From Ptychomitrium polyphyllum (Eukaryota): 64,000 nt of DNA. A program made the translations under genes and the position numbers. Where the stretch lies: NCBI GenBank assembly GCA_973851085.1, contig OZ316775.1, positions 21,142,001 through 21,206,000 of the forward strand. Direction: 5' to 3'. Shown here one piece after another: positions 14,001 to 30,100 of the stretch; position 1 is the stretch's first letter, and the number at the start of each line of letters is the position of its first letter. The notes under the pieces were generated by a model, which had not been told where the DNA came from, searched no databases, and saw only the letters and a program-made list of their open reading frames with translations.

Positions 14001-15500
14001 ACTAAATCATTGAATTAAATTTTCAATGCATGTATTTTATTTATATTAACCACATCACTTAATTCTTTTGATATTATATTTATTTTAGGTTCTTGTAAGG
14101 TAAGTTTAATAAAACCATATTAATTGTTTCATTCATTGTACCATGGCTGGATGCCTTGGAAATTAGAAACTATAGTGATTCATGTACATAATGAGTATTG
14201 GATTTATAAATGATAAGAATGATGATAAATCTTATAAAAAGACATATGTGGGGCTTTATAAAACATAGTTGGAGGCACAAGAAAATACAAAGTCATTATG
14301 ATGTAATGTATTGCTCTTTTGTAGCTAAATTTTGAGTTCTTCTTAGCTCAATGTAATATTTATCTTGTAGATGTAATAAAAGAATACTTTTTAAAGAATT
14401 TTTCACAATATTTTTATGATGTGAAATGATTCAACAAGATTCAATGTACCAAGTGCTTTAGCTCTAATTAAAATTGGATTTTAAATAACATGATTCTTTA
14501 AAATTTGATGTAATTAGCAACCTCCATAAAACTTATAAAAATCACATCTATTACTAAATCTAAATTCTACAATTGTATACACCATAGTAATGATTTGAAA
14601 TTACAAAGAATCCTTTGGACTTTTCAAAAAATTCTTAAAAATATTCTTAAAGTAATATTTTCATATTAATGTGATTAGAAGACTTAAAGATTTTCAAATT
14701 TATCTTTTATATATACATATATGATTATGTTCATGGATGCTTTACCATTTAATATTGAAAAAAAATTCATTACTTTATATTAATAATTTCTAATAATTTT
14801 AATTACAATGATTTTTTAATATTGATTGAGTAGATAGATTTACAATATAATGTTCTTAAGTAGTACTTCTCATAGCATAAAACTACTTATGTCACTTTAA
14901 TGAATTAAAAACTGAAATAGCTTTATATAAAATCTGATTCCATACAAAGTTGACATATATTTTTATCATTATTTTTTTAGTATTCTTTCTATAATTTAAA
15001 TAAAATTATGTCTTTGTTGTTTGTATTCAAAAACATTTAATATCAATTATATTCATAGACCTTGAAATATAAAGAATAAAAAACATCATTGAATAATTGG
15101 AACTGAGTAAAAATTATTCTTTATAGAATTAAAAGGTGCAAAGTACATATTTCTTTCATGATATCTTTGGTGAACTTGGTTGAAAACAATGAAAAGAAAA
15201 TAATTTGGAAGAATAGAAAATAAAATAAAATGCAATTGTTCAATTGCACATATAAGAAGGCTTCACAAAATAGGAGCAAGAAAGCGAATGTTCAATAATA
15301 AAGTTAAGTTTTAAAAAGCAACAATGACAAGTATATGAATTACCATAGATGGTGAAAATCAACAGTAAAATGTCTATTATATGTATCTTCTTATACTGTA
15401 TTGTTAGTGTTGTAACTTCTATGCAATATTATTTGATAATTTTTTTAAATTAAAGCTTTAAAATAGCATTGATTCAATAAACTGAAAGTTTATTTGCCAT
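8016..15500 (+). mobile_element. Decayed L1-like LINE (ORF1 about 8016-11800; ORF2 EN-RT about 11850-15500), interrupted by a solo LTR
   Basis: ATG 8016 gives MDTQKDPK*VIDISYASALKK, and the frame continues across the removed solo LTR (PRPND-DFNVRKSYW). ORF2-like relics: RLDFF (~12252), RQFIHPTSFAILM (~RQGCPLSPLLFAI, ~13927), TYVG (~KYLG, ~14242). Confidence 0.5.
8126..9270 (-). mobile_element. Solo LTR, 1145 bp, probably Gypsy-type
   Basis: Starts TGTCGC (8126) and ends GCGACA (9270), a 6-bp terminal inverted repeat. Flanked by a perfect 5-bp TSD GATGA (8121-8125 and 9271-9275). GC-rich against AT-rich flanks. TATAA on the minus strand at 8618-8622. Confidence 0.92.
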
Positions 15501-16090
15501 GTTAATAGAAATCAAAATTGCATTTCTAATACTATTATAGAAATTAATTATATTCACACACTATGTAAATATGTATTATATATGCACAACTTAAAATTTA
15601 TAATTTGCAATTTTTTTCATATGTATCAAATTCCATCAAACTCTATTTTTTTAAAATAATTAATGGTTGAAACATTGTACAATAAGCAGTTGTATCATTA
15701 TACTATGCTTTTAATTGTTGTTTTATTTATCTTTTTTTAATAAATAGAAAAGAAGAGTGGAGTTTAATTTTGAAAATAATCTTATCAAATAGAAATAATT
15801 TACAAATAAGAAATTTTAACAATTCACACAAGTACAAACATAAAATACCTATAATAGGAAGCAATATTTTTGCATTAATATAATAATTTTTTTTAGAACT
15901 TCTACATCTATACGTATAAAATTAGTTTAAAAGTGTTAAGATGTGCTTTGTTGATTACACTTGTATATATTCATGCAAATTAAAGAAATTATAAGGTAAT
16001 TGTAACTTCATACATTCCAAAAATGCAAATATTTAGTTATGAGAAGTCCCAAATTTGAGGAATAGTCCCACCTATACAAATACAACATTA

Positions 16091-18400
16091 TTAGCTCCTA
16101 GGGATTTTGAATGGGAGCTGAGTCCAATTTGTGAGCCTCCAAAATTACACTAAGTTGTGAGTGTGTATTTGGGCATAATAAAAGTCACCTGTATCCAGAA
16201 AGTAATGTTCTAGGTTGAAGTTCATTGTTTCAGCTTCAAATGATGCACTTATGCATTAGGCAAGCCCTCAGATCAATCCTATATTGCGTAAGGTTCTCTC
16301 AAAATACCATCTAATGAAGCCATGATGGAGGCGTCATGATGGCAGCAATGTAATACACTGATTACAACCACAATTGAAATGGAAGATAATAAAGTATTCA
16401 TACTGCAAAATATCTTTGCTTTAGGTAATAGTAAGATTATTAAATGCAATAGGCATTATTCACTAGAACAATTCTGCTTGCTTTTTGCACACCTCTGATC
16501 ACACATAGTATCATTGTTTAGACCATTGTTCGAATGTCTCTCTTTATTGTGGCTCCAAGCCAAAGTTTTCAACTGTAAATTGAGAAGTAAGATGAAAAAG
16601 TAGCTTGTAAAGTTTGCTTGCTGAAATTGTATTCCATGACCAACCATGGTAAGTGTAAAATCCAATCTTCATAATATCCTTGTTGCTGACTATATTTCCA
16701 AAGATTCCTTTTGGTCTTTTAAACCATGCATTTTGCTAATCAATATGTCTCTCAATGATCATAAGATGTAATAATATGATTAATAAGTTTTATTTTTAAT
16801 ACAGTTTAAAATTCCCCTCTACCTTGGTCAATTAACACCTCAATTGCTGCCTCATACCTGCTTATAATTCAATTAAGAAAAATATATATATATGCCCCTT
16901 TACTAAATTTGCCTAGTGATGTGACTAACCCAATCTACTTAGAAAGATGTTCAACTATCACTAACACATATATGTTTTGTCTTTTAATGGTAGGCAATAG
17001 ATTTACAAAATCTAAGTTCTATCAACATACAAGTTTTATCAACATCCAAGCGTCATAATTGGCAATTGTTGTAATTCTAGCATAGATGCATTGAAAAATT
17101 TAATTATACACCTCGTATCTAACTAAAATTTTTTTTCTTCCAAATTTGCTTTTTTTTCCCACCAATTGTTACAAACTCAAGAAACAAGAAGTTAGACAAG
17201 AGATGGTCTTCAAGAATTAGCCTCAAAAGAATTAATGAATGATAAGAATTGATGTAAGAGCTAGAATAAGGTCATTAAGGATGTACTTCAATGCTTATAT
17301 TGACAATACCTCATTTTGCCACCTATTTATACTACAAGTCTATGCTTTCTAAGATACTTCTCAAAAAGCGTCTAATTAAAAATAGGAATATTCTAAAGAT
17401 CAATGGGACCTTTCCAATAAGTTTTTAAAAAAACTACTAGAATGTTCAAGAAAATATTGTATGGTATATATATGTGATATCAATAGTGACTTTAAAGCAA
17501 GCTATAAGTTTTCCAAATCTCAAAGTATTTAAGGTCCTTATGAATATATAACATAAGTTTCTTATGCTTTTATGATTTTGGAAGCATTTGCTTCCTCTTA
17601 TTTAATAACTTTTTTAGTAAATGAGCTTCTTTCTATTCAAATGGCTTAAGCCACTAAAGGATCATATTCTTTTTTCTTTCACATATTTTAAAATCAATTC
17701 ATCCTTATAAACATCATTGGCATTGCTAGATGCTTTTCTTCCTTCCATTTTAATCTGGGAACCTTTTGTTGAATCTCCATTTGCTACTGGTAAGCATTTC
17801 AACATGACAATTCTTCTTCTTTTCATCAATATGCCATTTAGCTCTTGCAAAATCCTTCTTAATATGGCATGGATTGTGATTAAAATCATTAATGTCCATA
17901 TTAATTAACCTGATTTGGTGTACTAACTTAAAATTTACATTCTTTCAATTTAAAATAGTTTTTATCAAGCCATTAAATGAAGTCACACATTTTTAATAGT
18001 ATTTTTTGGCTTAAACAGTATATAGCCAATTCATATATAGTACAAGTTGAAATAATAAATAATAAATTTATGCATAATGTAATATTGTAGGGAGTAGAGT
18101 GGATATAAGAGTTATTAATCCAAGATATTAAAAAATCAATTATAAATATACAAATATATAATATATATTACAACAACAATTTTAAGCCAAGTGTTTAAAC
18201 CTACATATGACTTCAATAAGTTTATGTTATAACTTCATTGGGAAGGCCTTGTACTCTGTTATGAAAATAACACCATGATGTAATTGATAAAAAGGTTATG
18301 GGCATAGTTTAAAAGCATTTTTAGAAAGAATTCAAGCAGTGTGAGAAAACATTACAACTGCAACAATCAAAATGACTTTTTCTGTAATAATTTTATATAC
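16091..18400 (-). mobile_element. Decayed Ty3/Gypsy pol remnant (RNase H to integrase)
   Basis: Minus-strand translation gives HAILRRILQELN (~RWA..LQE RNase H end, ~17850) and DWILHLPWLVMEYNFSKQTLQATFSSYF (integrase C-terminal W..LP...Y......SPY motif, ~16590-16670). Confidence 0.6.
17167..17460 (-). mobile_element. Partial LTR of the same family as 7174-7879, in inverted orientation
   Basis: The reverse complement reads ...gaagtatc...GTAGTATAAATAggtggcaa...gctaattcttg...ttcttgtttcttg...TAACA|attggtg, which aligns to 7660-7879. Confidence 0.7.
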
Positions 18401-18601
18401 CATAATTATTCTAAAATTATAATTTTACAAAATATTTTAATGAAAAAATGTATTATAAGTTAATTCATCAATATTATTTATAGGTTTCCAATTTTATTTG
18501 TATTGTTTTATAATACCTAGAAAGGAAATATACATTCATAAGCAAGCAAGTAAGGAAACAAACATTCACAAGCATTTGCAGATATTCATTGTCATATTAA
18601 T

Positions 18602-18639
<38 letters not shown>
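18602..18639. repeat. (TA)n microsatellite
   Basis: Direct reading. Confidence 0.95.
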
Positions 18640-18643
<4 letters not shown>

Positions 18644-19501
18644 ACAATGACATTACATTCTCTTAACAACTTTTTTACAAATGATGTATAGTTTATATTC
18701 AAGTAATCATTTTATGTTGAGATTAAAATTTTTGAATTATAAGGATCTTACTAATTTAAAGAACATATATCATACTTTTGATATACATGCATTCACATTT
18801 AAAATTTAAAGTTTTAAAAATATTGCAGTAATATTTTAATAAATTTCTTAACAAATATAAATGAAAGTAGTTAATGATAATCAATTAAAATTTTAAAATT
18901 TTATATGATATGTATCTGAAATAACTTTGAATGTTTCAGAATAATATTTACAGTCATATCATCAGCAGAGTGTTACTCATGAAAAAACCATTAATTTTAA
19001 ATAGATAAGGCAAGTTGTGTTTTATGTTTTAAGGATTTGGTTATTTTGAATGTTCTTCTAAAACTTCTAGAATGTTGGCACATTCATAGTTTTGAAATTC
19101 TGATTTCACAAAGTATATATTATAAAATCCAAAACTTCTCATACCGAGAAGGTAAAGGGATGCATATCTAAAACCGGTACTACACCCAAAACCAACACTA
19201 ACAATGGTCAACATACACACCACTTCATGAGAGAATCTTGAACTCATATGCATATCTTAATCTGAATTGGACGTCATCTTCGTCTCCTGTACATTTCAAG
19301 GAGTAAAATGTGCGTATGCGGTAGAAAACGTCGATGGTTTAGGGTACAGCAACGGTCATCGGTGTCTGCTCGCCGTGGGACACTTTTTTCTCCCGAGGCT
19401 CCGCCAGCTCACAGATGTTTGCCCAGTCAGCCCCCAGGCAGCTCATCGCAGCCGCTGGCGAACGAAGGGCAGAGATCGCGTCGGAGGAGAGATGCCTGCA
19501 C

Positions 19502-19569
19502 AGAGAGGCAGAGAGAGAGAGAGTGAGAGAGAGACATAAACAGACACAGAGAGAGAGAGAGCGAGAGAG
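19502..19569. repeat. Imperfect (GA)n tract in the CSN2 promoter/5' leader
   Basis: Direct reading; lies about 120 nt upstream of the CSN2 ATG. Confidence 0.85.
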
Positions 19570-19689
19570 GAGTGAAGGAGCTTGGGCGTCGGAGGAGGAA
19601 GGGCGAGCCGCGGACGCACTCGACTCCATCTTTGCATCGGCCCTCGCTCCAGTGTCCTCGTCCGCCGTCGCTGCGCGTCCCAGGAATCC

Positions 19690-24777
<5,088 letters not shown>

Positions 24778-26039
24778 AAACGTGCATTGAAATTCTATAG
24801 CTTTGATGCACAAATAGTTGTGACAACTTTGTCGCACAAGTGTCTTCACTACACCAGTGTACATTTTGGAGGTCATAGTCTAAACTTCTGAGGGTTTATT
24901 GGATCACCATTTCATGTGAGAGAGACATCAGGAGGAACCCCATTGGTGACCTCTTCTCCTTGTAGATTGAGTTGCCTATTTTCTGGTTTTTGTAGGCACC
25001 TGTGTTAGCCCACCGGGATAGGAAGTAAAGATGTGGAATACAATATTTTGATACGATATGAAATCTGTTACGAACTGCTGAAGTTCTGTTGCATTGATGT
25101 TCCTACTTCGCATTTCCTTGATGGCACAATCGCATAAATTGGAGAATGAATGCCAAAAGTTGAAGTACTCAAGCTCTTGGGTTAATTCTGTTAAAAAAGA
25201 ACCTGAACTGGATATGATGAGTACTGCATATTAATAGGTACCTGTTTCCAGTCTCTCATCAATAAATCTATGTATGCTTACTCTTCGATTAGAGTTATGC
25301 ATACATGCAAGGCTGGAAAATATCACATTAAATGTACATGGTGTGGCTCATCGTTTTACAGGTGGGGGTGCTCAAAACTTTTGCCTCCAAAAGACATGCG
25401 GAAAGATATCTGGAATCATATCTGGAATCATAGACAGAAGCCATGACATCATTAACAGGAGTCTGAGGTAGTGCATACTGGATACTAATCCCGTCAGTTT
25501 GAGCGAATTTGCTATGTGCGACAACGTTCACTTGGAACAAATTGCAGATTGCATGGTTTTAAGTATAAATAGAGTAGATCTTACAGTCTTAAAGTCTCAG
25601 ACCAAATTCAGAGAGAATACAAATTTTGTAATTTATATGAATTCTCAATGAATTTTTAGACTTGACTTTCCTTGATTCCTGTATAACTTAGTAAGCTAGT
25701 CCATCCAAATTTTAGAGTGCATTTAAGGTTGTCACATGCAAAGTGTGTAATCACTATAGATTTTCAATTGCTTCATAACTATCGAAATATTTTTATGAAG
25801 ATGACATACTATTGCATTTGGAAGATTGTATTAAGGACATAGGTAATTTACCTTCCTTATTTTATACTACTTTATAAAATGTCTCAAAATTACTCCTAAT
25901 CCACAATTGTTGGCAATTCAACTATAATATTATATAATGCTGTAGAAGTGGTGGATACTATAGATTGTTGTATAATTGAATATATGGTTGCTATTATATC
26001 TTTGATGTAATGTCATTTGATGTAGGTTTCGTTAAAATT

Positions 26040-26305
26040 GTAAAAAACAAAAAAGTGAAAAAAAGAAATAAACAAAGAACAATAAAAAATAGACAATTAA
26101 AATAAAAAGTAAAAAGTAACTAGCAAACAATAAAAAGTAAAAACGTAAAAAAGAAAAGTAACAAATGATAAAATAATAAAATAAAAGTAAACAATAAAAA
26201 GTAAACAATAAAAAGTAAACAATAAAAATTATATAGTAAACAATAAATAGTAAACTATAAAAAACTAAAGTTAAAAAAGTAAAAAATAAAAGAAGTAAGA
26301 ACTAA
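26040..26305. repeat. A-rich low-complexity tract with 14-bp units (GTAAACAATAAAAA)
   Basis: Direct reading; exact tandem copies at about 26187-26228. Confidence 0.8.
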
Positions 26306-27113
26306 ATTATTATAAGTCAATGATAAGTGCGGGGGATGGATAGATAGCAAGACTCTAAGGTCTCTATTTGTATTTTGTACAAATCCCTAAAAGTCTTAAA
26401 TTCATGTCTAAATTTACTTTGTTATATTCAAAGAAATTAAATACAATTCACAAAAACAGGGCTTTTTTAAGACACTGAGACACTACAATGTCTTAAAATA
26501 GAAACTAATTAGCCTCAGCCTCTGTTGTTGGTAGTGAAGGAAAATAATAGAAAAACACTCATGAAACTATAAAAGAATATTTTCTCACTTAGTTATGAGA
26601 AGTTACCAAAACAAATCCTCTCATTGGATGCTCAATTCATGAACACCATTTGCTACAGAGAATCTGCTGTCTTTCGCTTTTTCCAAAACAATAGAATTTG
26701 CACTTTATAAAACAAGTGGTTTGCACATTTTGAGTGTTTGCACTACAATTCTATGGCAGGTTAGTTATCATGTATTGGAACCTGCACCATTGTAACTCAA
26801 AAATTGTTATGCTCAGGTATTTACAAACTACAAAGTCTAGAGTATCGTTTAGATTTCACACTTAGAGAATCTCACTCAACCTGTCTTTCTTTAACGATTT
26901 TTGTCTGTCAAGATATACCAGCAATCTTCCATGTTAGAAGGAAAAAGCAAGCGTAGCTGAGTGTCATAGGATGTCCTTTGGACTGGTTAACTGTAAAAAC
27001 GAGGTTCAACACTCACAGATTTGAAACACATATAAAACGTAACTAGGAAGAAATTAAGTATGAGCTGGCTCATTGCATGACATACAAAAGATTATACCTA
27101 GAGTTTGAAGTCG

Positions 27114-30100
27114 TCAAGCTCTAGTTGAGTAGACTTTAATCGAGCTTTCATTTACTGGAGCGCTTCTAATGCCACCGATGGTGAACCTGTGTTATTGTTG
27201 TTGCAATCAAGCATTCCTGTAGCCTGTAGTAACGTATTCAGCCACAAAGGTGGTGATAAGCATAAGAGACTGGAGCTCAAGAATTTAGATGGTTACCATT
27301 GATTCCATCAAATTACCAAAAGCTTGATGGAACATGTGCAGTAAACTTTGACTGATAACATGATTATTTGTTTGAAACTCACCTTCATGACACTGGCAGG
27401 ATAACTGCCAAGCTTTTGGGCAACTTGGCCGCTCTGCTCCTGTGCTTCATGCAACTCGTTGCAAAGACTCTGTTCCCCTTCGATGTTCAACAGTGGTCGT
27501 CTGCCTTGTGCATTGCGATACTTTACCAGTTCGTCGCTGATGCGTAGGTTGACATGCTCTACACGCCTCAGCTTCGCACTCAGATCACTATGCTGGATCC
27601 GCAGTGTATTGCTTTCATCCTGAAAGTATGCGTTCAGAAGGGTCCGATGTGAGTTTAACATCGACTTCATAATGAAGCAATATTGAAATGTCAATGTCCG
27701 AATTAGTGGGTTTAATTTAGTGAATAGCATGAATATTTTTACCTTGATTTTGGCAAGGTGTTTGGTTTGCATTTCAGAGAGAGTCTTGCTTTCCTGCTCG
27801 AGTTGCCCCATTTTCTTCATCTGCATTCGATTCTCATTCTGTTTGTATTGAAAATATTTTTTGTTGATCAGACCCTTATCAAGATCAAGCATGCAACTAT
27901 ACTCCTTCCACACACATTTGCAACGTTCTGATCCCTCAGCATTTTGCCTTACTATTTGGGTCACTTCTAGAGCCAAGTTTAGCGTAGTGTAAAAACTAAG
28001 TACCTTGAATGTTCCATTTTCAGCAACAATTGCCTTTTCACGTTCTTGGAGCTTTTCCACGGCTGCTTGGGTAGCAGTCAACTCAGAATGGTTTCTGCTG
28101 ATAACCTCCAGCCAACTGCAGCAAATTTATTCAACAAGTCAGAAACCTCTGAGACAGGGATATTCACAATATTACAGGTCAAGATAACTTCAAAGAATGC
28201 GGTCACTTCAAATTACCTTTCTCGCTCTTTAATAAAATTGTTAAACTGAGGAAGTATGTACTCAACTTCTTCCTCCTGTAAGAAGGCGATTTCATGCGTC
28301 AGGATTAAATAGAACATGCAATTGTAAAAGACAATTAAAGATTAAACTAAAAATAGCTTATGCAATTGCAGAAATGCAGTAAAATGAATGGAGCAACCTT
28401 CTCAAGTGTTCGTTTGTCAATCTTCACCTGATCATCTTCTACCCGCTGTTTTTCTACAAGAGTCTGCGCAATAAATGATTAACGTTAAATACTTCGCCAA
28501 ATTATGTGCACATCGCTCATGGTCACAATTGGTCATAAGACAGTGTAACATGATGATAATCACGCACCGCAACGCTGGCCATGTTGACACTGCGTAGAAC
28601 ATGGAGAACATCACGAGTTAACTTCTCAGCGTCAGCCAACTTTTCCTTTAGTGCTGTGACCTGTATATACATAGAGATTGTGTAAAAATTAGCTGTCATA
28701 CTTGATTTAATAAATCATCAAGCCTGATTTTATAAACGCATACTTGAGGTTAATCCCAAAGGATATGAATATCACCTCGTTTTGATGATTGCTAAGAACA
28801 ACTTTTAGATCCTGGATTCGCCGTTCGTATGCTTTCCTTTCTTCATGAAGTTCCGAGTGAACCCGGTGGTTCATTTTGAAGCATCTGAATCCTGATCCTG
28901 TACGTCCCTTAGGTGTTTTCTTTCCCTCCTGTGTATTCTTAAGCTGGGGAAAAGATTTTTCTTCTTCTAAGCTGATTTTATATTTCTCCAGCTTCTTACG
29001 CAACAACTGAATTTCAGACTCTCTTTTCTCGAGCTTCCTGAACTCGCCAAAAAATTCCACATATAACTTGAGGTGAGAGTAATGATTATAACAAAATTCT
29101 AAGAATGCAGCCCGTGAATTAAATTCTAAATTGATCGTGTTGCATCCAAATTCAAAGCAAAGAGTGCCCCAGATGCTACCACTTGACGCTGCATTGCAAC
29201 TCCCAGCTCTACATCCTGACACTCGAGCTTGAAGGTATGGCGGTCGCTCACCTGGAGCTGCGAGACCAGCGCAGCCACCTCGTTACTCCTTTGATGACTG
29301 CTGTCCAGAAGCTCTCTTTGCAAGTTCGCGATGGTCGACTTCAAGACATTGGAATCAGCTTCTGTTTGTAGTAATTGGTGCCGGAAATTTGCATATTCTT
29401 TCTCTTGGCTGAACACCATTGCCTTGAGAATATTACACTCTTGCTCTTCCATGGGTACTACGATCTGACTTTCCAGCTTCTCGTTAACAGAGCCAGCTTC
29501 CGAGTGATCCTCTGACCTGCTTTTCAGGTTCTTAGCAACCATATTAGAGAGTAACTTCACCTTCTCTTCAAACTCCGTCAGCAGCATTTGTGTTCTTGCT
29601 AGTTCAGCTTTCATTTTCCCTGACGGATATCCCTCGCATCTTATTTGAAGCTCCACAATCTTGGACATTGTACCCTTATCTCTAGCAACTACATAAATCA
29701 AGTTGCCCTTTGAACATGCAGCAAACTCAAGCTCCAAGTCATTATGCTCCATCAGTAGTCTTGCATCTTCTGTCGTACTAGACGTCCTAAGCCGTTCCTC
29801 CAGCTGCATCGAGGCTGTTTCATCCTCCGAGTTCTTCAAATTTGTTGACGTCTTCGCTAGGTCTCTAATGATTTGGCTGTTCTCCGCGTATAGCTCTTCT
29901 GACCCTCGAAGAGCGACCTGCAATTCTGAAATTTCTAGAACCCAAATCATCTGTTCTGCTGTCCTCTGCTCCTTCAGCTTCGCGATCTCCTCTTTCATTT
30001 CAATCTGCAACAGCCCAAAGGTACCTTCTTTTAGGGGGAAACCCGAATTTTGCAAACAATTAAAACCTTCCATGCACAAGCAAATATATCTGAAAAGCGG

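Larger units (their letters stand above)
6791..16090. mobile_element. ~9.3-kb unit bounded by long inverted repeats, containing decayed LINE-like ORFs and nested LTRs
   Basis: 6791-6857 matches the reverse complement of 16024-16090 at about 58/67 nt by manual count. Weaker inverted similarity continues inward (about 6860-7020 vs 15890-16005). Confidence 0.55.

Noticed and set aside
1..19000. Endogenous giant-virus (NCLDV) or Polinton insertion
   Set aside because: No viral core-gene motifs recognised; the motifs found fit LINE and Gypsy elements. A profile search could still test this.
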